NCBI GenBank assembly: GCA_964526845.1
Contig: CAZGMM010000002.1
Location: 1,183-65,182 of the forward strand
Source of the DNA: an uncultured Halanaerobiales bacterium
GTDB taxonomy: Bacteria; Bacillota; Halanaerobiia; Halanaerobiales; M55B127
Direction: 5' to 3'
Length of the DNA stretch: 64,000 nt
The stretch's first letter is position 1, and each line of letters begins with the position of its first letter. The notes beneath the pieces are model-generated. The model worked only from the letters and a program-made list of their open reading frames with translations. It did not search any database and was not told where the DNA came from. The translations under genes were made by a program, and so were the position numbers. Shown one piece after another: positions 8,969-18,767 of this stretch.

Positions 8969-10082
8969 ATGAACGGAAATTATGAAGAAAGAATCGCAGC
9001 CCTAAAAGAAAGGTACCAAGATTTGAGGGATCTACTTTGACCCTGCCAAGCTGGCCTCTAAAAGAGATGAATTAGAAGAAAAGATGGTTGCTCCCGATTT
9101 CTGGGATGACAACGAAGAGGCCACTCGTATCAGTAAAAAAGTGGATAGTATAAAAAATAAGCTGAACTTATTAGAACAATTAAAGGATGATATAGAGGAA
9201 ATAGAAGTATATAAGGAACTTGCCTCCGAAGAAGATGATGACAGTTTGTTAAAACAGGTTGATCAGAAATTAGATGAATTAGATGAAAGACTTGAAAAAC
9301 TTGAGCTAAAAACCAGACTTAACGGTAAACATGATAAAAACAACGCAATTTTATCTATACACCCCGGTGCCGGGGGAACCGAGTCTCAGGACTGGGCTGC
9401 CATGCTGCTTAGGATGTATGACAGATGGGCTCAAAAAGAAGATTTTGAAGTAAAAACCCTGGACTTTCAAAGCGGTGATGAAGCCGGTATTAAGAGGGTC
9501 ACGATTTTGGTTGAAGGTGAATATGCTTACGGCTATCTTAAGGGAGAAAGCGGTGTACACCGTCTGGTGAGGATCTCTCCCTTTGATTCATCCGGCCGCA
9601 GGCATACTTCTTTTGCTTCGGTAGATATCATGCCGGAAATAGAGGAAGATATTGAAGTTGATATAGATGAAAACAACTTAAAAATTGAAACCTATCGGGC
9701 CAGTGGGGCCGGCGGACAGCATGTCAATAAGACGGATTCGGCGGTCCGGATCACCCACCAGCCGACTGGTGTGGTTGTACAGTGTCAAAACGAAAGATCT
9801 CAGCATAAAAACAAACAGATGGCGATGAAGATCTTAAAAACTCGTTTAATGGAGTTAAAAAAGGAAGCCCAGGCCGAAAAGATAGATGAATTAAGGGGCG
9901 AACACAAAGAGATTGCCTGGGGCAGTCAGATCCGTTCTTATGTTTTCCATCCCTATAATATGATAAAAGACCATCGAACCGGTGTGGAAGAAGGTAACAC
10001 CGAAAAGGTAATGGATGGTTATTTAGATGAATTTATAGAAGCATATTTGAAGCAAAATAATAGTGGAGAATTAAATATTTAA
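8969..10082 (+). CDS. prfB: Peptide chain release factor 2, expressed through a programmed +1 frameshift
   Basis: ATG 8969 after GAAGGAGG. Frame 0 reads MNGNYEERIAALKERYQDLRDLL then TGA at 9038. Shifting +1 at CTT TGA C continues DPAKLASKRDELEEKMVAPDFW into the 9084 ORF. SPF (RISPFDS) and GGQ (SGAGGQHVN) motifs present. Confidence 0.93.
9025..9041 (+). promoter_or_regulatory. prfB autoregulatory frameshift site
   Basis: Internal SD-like GAGGGA, 4-nt spacer, slippery CTT followed by an in-frame TGA C. Confidence 0.9.
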
Positions 10083-10103
10083 TTTGAGCTCAGGAGGCAG
10101 TTT

Positions 10104-12035
10104 ATGAATAAAAAAATATTATATCTAGTTATTATACTGACCTTGATTGTTTCCTTAATTGGAATCAGGGGCAGGATGATGGTCGAACAGTCCAATAATA
10201 ATGTGGAAATGGCTTTTGATTATAAGTCCCTTTTAGAGATGAGGGATAAGTATGACAATCAGACGCTGGCTCTACAGGATTTAAAAAACGCTGGTATTAA
10301 TTCGATTGCCCTAACCCCGATCGATTTAAAGAAATTGATCAAAAGGGGTCAGGTAGTTCATTTAACCATCAGTGATATAAACAAAAGAAAGCTGCTGGAA
10401 GATAATCAGTCTGCTTTCTGGCAGGAGTTTCCCCTAGGAGAGCAAAGTGCATTTTTAGTATTTGAAGCCAAAAATAATTACTATAATAACCTCTATTACT
10501 TTAAAGAAGAACTAAATCTGAGCTTTGAAGAAGTTAACGGTAAAAATATTGTCTTCTTTCCCTTTTGGAAAGAAGATTACTTATCATTAGATGTAGGTTT
10601 TGATCGCGAGTTAATAGATTCGATAAAAGAAAGCGGTCTAAATGTGGTCTACAGGTTTGATAACCTGGATAATAATGATCTGAATTACCACCTGCTTTCT
10701 ACTCTGTCCGCCAATTCAACGATAGTTTTTGCCGGACAGGAGATAATGGGACACCCCGATGAGATAGATAAAACGGCCCAATTAATGCAAGAAAACAATA
10801 ATACCTTTGGATTTATTGAAGCCATTATCGGTGTACAAAAGGGGGAAGATAAATTAGCTAAAAAGCTAGATTATAATATTGTAAGAGTACACAGTATTAC
10901 TCAGGAAGAGATGAATATCTATTCTGAAGGTAAAATCGTTGATAGGTATATGCGGGCAGTACGAGAAAGAAATATCCGTTTTTTCTATATGCGCCCCATA
11001 ATCAAAGAAAATAAAGATTTTTCTGCTGTTAAATCTTTAAATTTAGAATATATTGATAGTTTAAATGAGAGGTTGGTATCAGCCGGATATAATATTGAGC
11101 AGGCTGTACCTTATCGATCCTTTTCTAACAGCAGTATCTATTTAATATTTACGGCTTTAGGTATTTTAGCCGGAGGAGTCCTTCTTTTATTAGAAATATT
11201 TAAGATAAAAGAGGACCTATTACAGTATATATTAGTAGTACTTGGAATTATAGGTATATTTTTAACCTATTTCTTTTTAGATATGTACTTTTTCAGAGCT
11301 GGACTGGCTTTAGGAAGTAGTATTGTTTTCCCCAGTTTAGCAATTATATCTCAGTTACTGAGCCAGAAAAAAAGGAAGAACATATTTAATTACATGAAAG
11401 CAGCTCTGATAACATTGGCCGGGGCCTGTTTCATCATCTCGTCCCTGTCAGACATCAGTTATTTGACCAAGATAAATCAGTTTAGGGGAGTAAAATTGGC
11501 CTTTCTTATGCCCCTTTTAATTATCACCTTCTATTACTTTTTAGAATATATAGTAAGGGAGAAGGATACGACTGTTAAAGACAAAATCTTTGAACTGTTA
11601 GAGATAAATCTTAAAGTAAAACACCTAGTAATTTTAGGAATTGTGGGCCTGGCAGGTATCTATTATATTCTAAGGACGGGCAACTTCCCTATCCTTGATA
11701 TACCTGCTATTGAAGAGAGCTTTAGAAACTCACTTGAAGATCTACTGTATGTACGACCCCGCTTTAAAGAATTTTTAATAGGCCATCCTGCTTTTATCAT
11801 CGGCCTCTACTTTTTTAAAGATATCAAGAAAAGTTTAACCCTATATTTCCTTGGTCTTTTAGCAGTTATCGGTCAGCTTAATATGCTTAACTCATTTGCC
11901 CATATCCATACCCCGGTTTTGATCTCTTTACTGAGAACGATCCACGGTTTATGGTTAGGATTAATACTGGGTCTGATAGCAGTTCTGATTTTGAAGTACT
12001 TATTAAAATATTTTAACAAGCAGAAGGTGAAATAA
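10104..12035 (+). CDS. Large polytopic membrane protein accompanying csaB (resembles the DUF5693 family)
   Basis: N-terminal anchor, roughly 330-aa extracytoplasmic domain, then a multi-TM C-terminal half. Sits 3 nt upstream of csaB. Family assignment is from memory of this gene neighbourhood, not from a search. Confidence 0.5.
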   Translation: MNKKILYLVIILTLIVSLIGIRGRMMVEQSNNNVEMAFDYKSLLEMRDKYDNQTLALQDLKNAGINSIALTPIDLKKLIKRGQVVHLTISDINKRKLLEDNQSAFWQEFPLGEQSAFLVFEAKNNYYNNLYYFKEELNLSFEEVNGKNIVFFPFWKEDYLSLDVGFDRELIDSIKESGLNVVYRFDNLDNNDLNYHLLSTLSANSTIVFAGQEIMGHPDEIDKTAQLMQENNNTFGFIEAIIGVQKGEDKLAKKLDYNIVRVHSITQEEMNIYSEGKIVDRYMRAVRERNIRFFYMRPIIKENKDFSAVKSLNLEYIDSLNERLVSAGYNIEQAVPYRSFSNSSIYLIFTALGILAGGVLLLLEIFKIKEDLLQYILVVLGIIGIFLTYFFLDMYFFRAGLALGSSIVFPSLAIISQLLSQKKRKNIFNYMKAALITLAGACFIISSLSDISYLTKINQFRGVKLAFLMPLLIITFYYFLEYIVREKDTTVKDKIFELLEINLKVKHLVILGIVGLAGIYYILRTGNFPILDIPAIEESFRNSLEDLLYVRPRFKEFLIGHPAFIIGLYFFKDIKKSLTLYFLGLLAVIGQLNMLNSFAHIHTPVLISLLRTIHGLWLGLILGLIAVLILKYLLKYFNKQKVK

Positions 12036-12038
12036 ATA

Positions 12039-13103
12039 ATGAAGATTCTGCTTTCCGGCTATTTCGGTTTTAATAATCTCGGCGATGAAGCTATTCTGGC
12101 CAGTATGGTTGATATGATAAGGGCAGAAACCGATGATGCCGAGATAACTGTACTTACCCAAAATACACCTGAAACAAAGGTTAAGTATAATACTGAAACT
12201 ATTTATAGATATGATATATTTAAAATAGCAGCAGCTATGAGAAAAGCAGATATCTTTTTCAGTGGGGGAGGCAGTTTACTGCAGGATGTAACCAGCCTCC
12301 GTTCAGTCCCCTATTATTTAGGATTAATATTTTTAGCCCAGGTTTTTAATCTAAAAACGGTCTTTTTTGCCCAGGGGGTTGGGCCTGTTAACAATAGTTT
12401 TTATAGGTTTTTGATTAAAAAGGTTTTAAGTAGAGTGGACTTTCTTTCGGTCCGCGATTTAAATTCTAAGCTGTTTTTAGAAGAAATCGGTATCAATCCA
12501 AATAAGATAAAACTGATAGATGACCCGGTCTATGGGTTAAATATCTGTAAAGGTAATGATCCAGAAGTTTCCAACACTAAAAAGATCGGGGTTTCAGTCC
12601 GCAGCTGGCAGGATAATTCCTATCTGCAAAAAGTGGCTGAATTTTTAAACTACCTGATCAAAAAAGAAGAATATACTGTTACCATCCTTCCCTTTCACGA
12701 AGGGGAAGATGAAAGAATTAGTGAACAGTTAAAAAATATGCTATATACCAGAGCTGAGATAATTGATTATACTGATGATATAGAAAAGATAAATAATTTG
12801 TATAGCACTTTTGATATATTTATAGGGGTCAGGCTTCATTCCCTGATATTTGCTGCGATAAACTGTGTACCATTTATTGGAATAAGTTATGATCCCAAGG
12901 TTGGGAGTTTAATCCAGGAGATGAACTACCAGCCTAATATTACGACCGATAATATTACTGAAGAGCAATTAATTAAATCTTATGATATAATTAAAGACGA
13001 AAGCAAAGAAATTAAAGATAGAATAGACAGGATTGTAAAGGTCAAAAATGAGAGAGTCAAAGGTTCGATTAGCAGATTATTAACTGATTTGAAAGGTGAA
13101 TAA
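12039..13103 (+). CDS. csaB: Polysaccharide pyruvyl transferase CsaB
   Basis: MKILLSGYFGFNNLGDEAILASM..., FFSGGGSLLQDVTS, VRLHSLIFA typical of the CsaB family. Confidence 0.85.
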   Translation: MKILLSGYFGFNNLGDEAILASMVDMIRAETDDAEITVLTQNTPETKVKYNTETIYRYDIFKIAAAMRKADIFFSGGGSLLQDVTSLRSVPYYLGLIFLAQVFNLKTVFFAQGVGPVNNSFYRFLIKKVLSRVDFLSVRDLNSKLFLEEIGINPNKIKLIDDPVYGLNICKGNDPEVSNTKKIGVSVRSWQDNSYLQKVAEFLNYLIKKEEYTVTILPFHEGEDERISEQLKNMLYTRAEIIDYTDDIEKINNLYSTFDIFIGVRLHSLIFAAINCVPFIGISYDPKVGSLIQEMNYQPNITTDNITEEQLIKSYDIIKDESKEIKDRIDRIVKVKNERVKGSISRLLTDLKGE

Positions 13104-13839
13104 GTTGAAGGATAAAACCGAAATACTGACCCTTAAGATAAATAATATAACGATGCAGCAGATGGTAAGTGAGTTAATAAATACAATCTATAACCGAGAA
13201 GCCAAAAAACTAATCTATACACCCAATTCTGAAATTGCAGTTCGCGCTTATGATGATACAAATTTCTCAAGGCTATTAAACCGGGCGGACTTTTTGGTAC
13301 CGGATGGGGCCGGCCTGCTTTTGGCAGCCCGACTTTTAGGTGAACCCTTACAGGAAAGGGTAGCCGGTTATGATTTAATGAGAAAGCTGCTTAATGAGAT
13401 AGCAGATAAAGATATTTCGGTCTACTTTTTAGGAGGGAAACCAGGTATAATAGACTCAGCTGTACAAAATATAAGAGAAGAACTACCTGAGCTTAATATG
13501 GCTGGTTTTCACCACGGCTATTTAGATTCTGATTCAAAAGAAATGATTATTGAGGAGATTAATAATAAAAAGCCCGATATATTGTTAGTGGGGATGGGAG
13601 TCCCTTTACAGGAGAAGTTTTTTGACACCCATTTTGAGGACTTGAACGTACAGATTGGAATAACGGTGGGAGGAAGTTTTGACGTCCTGTCCGGTCAGTC
13701 AAAAAGGGCCCCCCTCTGGATGCAGAAGATTTATTTAGAATGGTTTTACCGGCTTTTGCAGGAGCCGAAGCGAATTAAAAGAATGATAGCTTTACCCCGG
13801 TTTTTGTTTTTAGTAGTCAAAGAAAAATTCGATATTTAA
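13096..13839 (+). CDS. WecB/TagA/CpsF family glycosyltransferase
   Basis: VPDGAGLLLAARLLG, LVGMGVPLQEKF, RAPLWMQKIYLEWFYRLLQEPKR. Start is GTG 13096, overlapping the csaB stop, or TTG 13105. Confidence 0.88.
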   Translation: MNKLKDKTEILTLKINNITMQQMVSELINTIYNREAKKLIYTPNSEIAVRAYDDTNFSRLLNRADFLVPDGAGLLLAARLLGEPLQERVAGYDLMRKLLNEIADKDISVYFLGGKPGIIDSAVQNIREELPELNMAGFHHGYLDSDSKEMIIEEINNKKPDILLVGMGVPLQEKFFDTHFEDLNVQIGITVGGSFDVLSGQSKRAPLWMQKIYLEWFYRLLQEPKRIKRMIALPRFLFLVVKEKFDI

Positions 13840-13871
13840 GATCATAAAAGATTGGAAGGAAGAGATAAAAA

Positions 13872-15026
13872 ATGTTTAGAAATAAAAAGAAGTTATTAGC
13901 TGTATTACTTGTCATAACAATTTTAACTGTCGGTGGTTTTAAAGTAATTGCAGATGACCTGACTCCTTTGAAAAATTTACAAAATGTTATATACCTGATA
14001 GATAACTATTATGTAGAAGATAAAAACTTAGAAGAACTGATCGATTCTGCTATCACAGGTATGTTAAAAGAGCTGGACCCTTATTCATCCTATCTAAGTC
14101 CAGACGAATATGAGGAGATGCAGATTGAATTCGATGGTGAATTTGGCGGGATAGGCATTGTTATAACCGTCAGAGAAGAGAAGTTAACTATTGTTTCACC
14201 GATTAAGAATACTCCCGGTGATAGAGCCGGTCTAAAATCAGGAGACGTCATTAAAGCTATTAATGGCAAGTTAACTTCGGAGATCTCACAACAAAAAGCT
14301 GTCGACCTAATGAGAGGTGAACCAGGCACTCACGTTACTTTGACTATCTCACGCGAAGATAAAGAAGAAGATTTTGATGTAGATATTACAAGGGCCAATG
14401 TAGAGATCCCTTATGTAGAACACAATATGGAAACAGACACCATTGGCTATTTATCGATATATCAGTTTGGTAGTGATGTGGGATACAAGACTGAAGAGGC
14501 CCTTAACGATTTAAAGAAACAGGGGGCTGAAGCTCTAATTCTTGACCTCAGAACTAACCCCGGTGGAATCTTAGATGAGGCAGTTAAGGTGGCCAGTAAC
14601 TTTATCGATGATGGAACCGTAGTAACCGTTAAAAGCAGAAGAAAAGAAGATGAAGTATATAATACCGTCTCAGATATAGAGGCTGTTGATATGCCGATGG
14701 TTGTATTAATAAATGAAGGTAGTGCCAGTGCTTCTGAAATAGTAGCGGGAGCTATCACGGACTATGGTAGAGGTAAGTTAGTAGGACAAAAGACCTTTGG
14801 TAAAGGTACTGTCCAGACCGTTATTCCTTTAGGTGATGGTTCTGCCCTCCGTTTAACAACAGCTAGATATTATACACCCAATGGAAACTTTATCCATGAA
14901 AAAGGGATAGAACCTGATATTAAGGTTGAATTTGACCAGGAAAGTGAAGAGGATGCCCAACTACAAAAGGCAATTGATCTATTAAAAGATAAAGTAAGGA
15001 CCAAATCACTGGATAAGGCGAGCTAG
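13872..15026 (+). CDS. Carboxy-terminal processing protease (S41 family, PDZ domain)
   Basis: N-terminal anchor, GGIGIVI, PDZ GDRAGLKSGDVI, DLRTNPGG, catalytic GSASASEI and TFGKGTVQ. Confidence 0.92.
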   Translation: MFRNKKKLLAVLLVITILTVGGFKVIADDLTPLKNLQNVIYLIDNYYVEDKNLEELIDSAITGMLKELDPYSSYLSPDEYEEMQIEFDGEFGGIGIVITVREEKLTIVSPIKNTPGDRAGLKSGDVIKAINGKLTSEISQQKAVDLMRGEPGTHVTLTISREDKEEDFDVDITRANVEIPYVEHNMETDTIGYLSIYQFGSDVGYKTEEALNDLKKQGAEALILDLRTNPGGILDEAVKVASNFIDDGTVVTVKSRRKEDEVYNTVSDIEAVDMPMVVLINEGSASASEIVAGAITDYGRGKLVGQKTFGKGTVQTVIPLGDGSALRLTTARYYTPNGNFIHEKGIEPDIKVEFDQESEEDAQLQKAIDLLKDKVRTKSLDKAS

Positions 15027-15043
15027 AAAGGTGGATATAGTAA

Positions 15044-15700
15044 GTGAGCGTATTTAATGTATTAGGACCAATTATGATCGGGCCCTCCAGCTCCCATACG
15101 GCGGGAGCTGTTAAAGTCGGTTATCTGGCCCGCTCTATTTTTAAAGATAGATTAGTAAAAGCTGACATATACCTGCACGGATCTTTTGCCAGGACCTTTA
15201 AAGGACATGGAACAGACCGCGCCTTAGTGGGCGGTCTTTTAGGTTTTAAACCAGATGATGAAAGGATCCGTGATTCCCTGAACCTGGCTAAAGAAAGGGG
15301 AGTTGAGATCGAATTCCACCTTTCTGACTTAAGAGGGGTGCACCCCAATACAGCCAAGTTAGAACTTTACGGTGAAAATAAGGAGATGACCATCATCGGT
15401 TCTTCAATTGGGGGCAGCCGGATCAAGATAATCCAAATCGATGATTATGAGGTCGACTTTTCCGGTGAGATGCCGACCCTCTGGGTCCTGCATAAGGATG
15501 TACCCGGTGAGGTAGGTATAATTACCTCAATTCTCGGCAGCTACAAGTTAAATATTGCCAGTATGGTGGTATTTAGAAATAAAAAGGGAGAAGTGGGATC
15601 TGCAATAATTGAATTAGACCATAAGGTAAGTGATTATGTAATTTCTCACTTGCAAAATATGGACGATATCTATCAGGTAAGGTATATAGAGCCTTTTTAA
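15044..15700 (+). CDS. sdaAB: L-serine dehydratase, iron-sulfur dependent, beta subunit
   Basis: SVFNVLGPIMIGPSSSHTAGA plus a C-terminal ACT-like domain. Confidence 0.92.
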   Translation: MSVFNVLGPIMIGPSSSHTAGAVKVGYLARSIFKDRLVKADIYLHGSFARTFKGHGTDRALVGGLLGFKPDDERIRDSLNLAKERGVEIEFHLSDLRGVHPNTAKLELYGENKEMTIIGSSIGGSRIKIIQIDDYEVDFSGEMPTLWVLHKDVPGEVGIITSILGSYKLNIASMVVFRNKKGEVGSAIIELDHKVSDYVISHLQNMDDIYQVRYIEPF

Positions 15701-15714
15701 GGAGGATTTTTTTA

Positions 15715-16581
15715 ATGCAGTATAATAAGATCAAGGAATTAATCGATAAAGCTGAAAAAGAAAATAAAAAGATCAGCCAGATCGTTATAGAAGAAGAGAT
15801 CTATGAAAGGGAGATTGAGCGGAAAACCGTCATAGATGAGATGAAAGAACATCTAAAAATAATGAGGGAATCTATTAAAGAAGGTCTAACCCCAGGTCAT
15901 AAGTCTGCTACCGGTTTAACCGGGGGTGAAGCGTTAACCTTACAGAATTCCAATAGATCTTTAAACACCCCTTTATACAAAAAGGTAATTATTAAAGCCC
16001 TGGCTGTATCAGAAGTAAATGCCTGTATGGGTAAGATAGTAGCGGGACCGACAGCAGGTGCCAGTGGTATCGTACCAGCTGTTTTAATCACGCTAACAGA
16101 AGAACATGAAATTAGTGAAGGTAAGCTGATAGATGCCCTTTTTACAGCCGGTGGGTTGGGAGAAATAGTTTCCAAAAAGGCCACATTGGCCGGAGCAGCC
16201 GGCGGCTGTCAGGCCGAATGCGGGGTAGGTTCCGCTATGGCAGCGGGTGCAGCTGTCGAACTGATGGGCGGCTCTCCCCAACAAGTTGGAGATGCCTTTG
16301 CCTTGGCCTTAAAAAATCTATTAGGTTTAGTCTGTGATCCGGTGGCAGGACTGGTTGAGATCCCCTGTGTTAAAAGGAATGGGTTTGCCGCTTCCCACGC
16401 CCTGACAGCGGTTAATATGGCCTTAAGCGGAATTAATAGTGTAATACCTCCCGATGAAGTCATTGCAGCCATGATGGAAATTGGAGACCTAATGTCGGTT
16501 AGCTTAAAAGAGACCTCGGAAGCCGGTTTAGCTAAAACCGAGACCGGACAAAAAATAACCGAGGAGCTGCAAGATTTTTAA
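15715..16581 (+). CDS. sdaAA: L-serine dehydratase, iron-sulfur dependent, alpha subunit
   Basis: AGAAGGCQAECGVGSAMAA, LLGLVCDPVAGLVEIPCVKRN. Confidence 0.93.
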   Translation: MQYNKIKELIDKAEKENKKISQIVIEEEIYEREIERKTVIDEMKEHLKIMRESIKEGLTPGHKSATGLTGGEALTLQNSNRSLNTPLYKKVIIKALAVSEVNACMGKIVAGPTAGASGIVPAVLITLTEEHEISEGKLIDALFTAGGLGEIVSKKATLAGAAGGCQAECGVGSAMAAGAAVELMGGSPQQVGDAFALALKNLLGLVCDPVAGLVEIPCVKRNGFAASHALTAVNMALSGINSVIPPDEVIAAMMEIGDLMSVSLKETSEAGLAKTETGQKITEELQDF

Positions 16582-16676
16582 CAAAAAAGAGTAATATAAA
16601 TTTTTAGCTTTATTTAGTAATAATTACTATTACAATTAATTATATCATGTTAAAATGTCTAAAACCCGTGAATAAA

Positions 16677-16716
16677 TGAACATTTGTTTGCACATGTCGG
16701 GTATATATAGTATAAT
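16677..16716 (+). promoter_or_regulatory. uvrB promoter with an overlapping LexA (Cheo-box-like) operator
   Basis: TGAACATTTGTTTG (GAAC-N4-GTTT) at 16677-16690 overlaps the -35 TTGCAC (16688-16693); 17-nt spacer; TATAAT at 16711-16716. Confidence 0.6.
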
Positions 16717-16753
16717 GTCTACAGGAAAAATATTTAAACAAAGGTGAGTATTT

Positions 16754-18757
16754 ATGCCGAAAGAATTTAAACTTCATTCTCCTTATGAACCGAAAGGTGA
16801 CCAACCCAAGGCAATTGAAGAGTTGGCGGAAGGGGTAGAAAAAGGATACAGACATCAAACCCTACTGGGTGCAACCGGTACGGGTAAGACATATACGATG
16901 GCAGGGGTTGTGGAAGAAGTACAGAAACCCACTCTTGTCATTGCACATAATAAGACATTGGCTGCCCAGCTGGTCAGTGAGTTTAAAGAGTTCTTCCCGG
17001 AAAACCGGGTTGAATACTTTGTGAGCTATTACGACTACTACCAGCCGGAAGCTTATGTACCCCAGACTGATACCTATATTGAAAAAGATGCTTCAATTAA
17101 TGAGGATATAGACAAACTGAGACTGGCCGCCACCAGTGCTCTCTTTGAAAGAAGAGATGTTCTGATTGTGGCCAGTGTTTCGTGTATATATGGTTTGGGT
17201 TCACCGGCTGATTACCTGGAGCTTTCCTCTCATCTTAAGGTGGGTAAAGAAAAATCGCGCAAAGAGATCATGAGAGAACTTTCCATGATGCAGTACAGCC
17301 GGAATGATATTGACTTACAGCGCGGTCATTTTCGCGTCAGGGGAGATGTATTAGAAATCTATCCCGCTTACCGCGACCAGGCGATTAGGGTCGAGCTATT
17401 TGGTGATGAAATTGAGCGGATCACCCGCATCAATACGGTGACCGGTGAGATCATGGAAGAGATGGATGAGATAACTATCTACCCGGCCAGTCACTTCGTG
17501 ACCCCGGAAGACAAGATTGAACGTGCTATTAAAACAATAAGAGAAGAACTAGTCGAAAGGTTAGAAGAACTGAGAGAACAGGATAAATTAGTCGAGGCCC
17601 AGCGCTTAGAACAGAGGACAAACTATGATCTGGAGATGTTAGAACAGATGGGCTTTTGTTCCGGTATTGAAAACTATTCCAGGCATTTAAGCGGACGCCC
17701 ACCGGGTTCCAGGCCCCAGACCTTGCTTGACTATTTCCCGGATGATTTTTTGGTCTTTATCGATGAATCCCATATGACAATACCCCAGATTGGGGGCATG
17801 TTTGCGGGTGATAGATCGAGAAAAGAGAAATTAGTGGAGTATGGTTTTAGGCTACCATCTGCTTTAGATAACAGGCCGCTTAACTTTGCAGAGTTTGAAG
17901 AAGTAGTACCACAGGCGATCTATGTTTCGGCTACCCCAGGACCTTATGAACATGAACACAGCCAGCAGATCGTAGAACAGATCATCCGGCCGACCGGACT
18001 TATTGACCCTAAAGTAGAAGTAAAACCGGTTGAAGGCCAGATTGATGATCTCCTGGAGGAAATTCGGGTAGTTGTAGAAGAAAGAAATGAAAAAGTCCTG
18101 GTTACTACTTTGACCAAAAGGATGGCTGAAGATTTAACAGAATATTTGGGTGAAGCAGGTATTAGAGTCCGTTACCTCCATTCTGATATAGATACTCTGG
18201 AAAGATCGGAGATAATTAGAGATTTAAGACTGGGTGAGTTTGACGTCCTGGTTGGAATTAACCTGTTGAGAGAGGGACTTGATATTCCGGAAGTTTCCCT
18301 GGTAGCCATTTTAGATGCCGACAAAGAAGGCTTTTTACGGGCAGAAAGACCCCTGATCCAGACCATCGGTAGGGCAGCCCGGAATGTGAATGGAAAAGTA
18401 GTCATGTATGGAGATAAGATTACGGATTCAATGCGGAAAGCCATTGATGAGACGGAAAGAAGAAGAGAGATTCAAAAAGAATTTAATGAAAAACATGATA
18501 TAGAACCACAGACGATTAGAAAACCGGTCAGGGAAGTTCTCCGACCGGAAAAATTAGTTATTGAAGATAGTAAAGAAAAGGTATATAGTACAGATGACGA
18601 AGACAATTTAGCAGGACTATCAAAGATCGAACTGCAGAATAAGATTATTGAATTAGAAGAAGAAATGGATGAGGCTGCCTCAAATCTGGAGTTTGAAGTA
18701 GCAGCACAAATCAGAGATGAAATCGAAGAAATCAAAGAAGAACTTTCAAATAGATGA
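16754..18757 (+). CDS. uvrB: Excinuclease ABC subunit B
   Basis: GATGTGKT Walker A, DESH box, helicase C domain, C-terminal UVR motif [13 protein letters not shown]. Confidence 0.97.
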   Translation: MPKEFKLHSPYEPKGDQPKAIEELAEGVEKGYRHQTLLGATGTGKTYTMAGVVEEVQKPTLVIAHNKTLAAQLVSEFKEFFPENRVEYFVSYYDYYQPEAYVPQTDTYIEKDASINEDIDKLRLAATSALFERRDVLIVASVSCIYGLGSPADYLELSSHLKVGKEKSRKEIMRELSMMQYSRNDIDLQRGHFRVRGDVLEIYPAYRDQAIRVELFGDEIERITRINTVTGEIMEEMDEITIYPASHFVTPEDKIERAIKTIREELVERLEELREQDKLVEAQRLEQRTNYDLEMLEQMGFCSGIENYSRHLSGRPPGSRPQTLLDYFPDDFLVFIDESHMTIPQIGGMFAGDRSRKEKLVEYGFRLPSALDNRPLNFAEFEEVVPQAIYVSATPGPYEHEHSQQIVEQIIRPTGLIDPKVEVKPVEGQIDDLLEEIRVVVEERNEKVLVTTLTKRMAEDLTEYLGEAGIRVRYLHSDIDTLERSEIIRDLRLGEFDVLVGINLLREGLDIPEVSLVAILDADKEGFLRAERPLIQTIGRAARNVNGKVVMYGDKITDSMRKAIDETERRREIQKEFNEKHDIEPQTIRKPVREVLRPEKLVIEDSKEKVYSTDDEDNLAGLSKIELQNKIIELEEEMDEAASNLEFEVAAQIRDEIEEIKEELSNR

Positions 18758-18767
18758 GGTGATTAAA

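Noticed and set aside
16640-16858. 72-aa minus-strand ORF over the uvrB promoter and 5' end
   Set aside because: It overlaps the SOS box/promoter and the conserved uvrB N-terminus, with no supporting signals.
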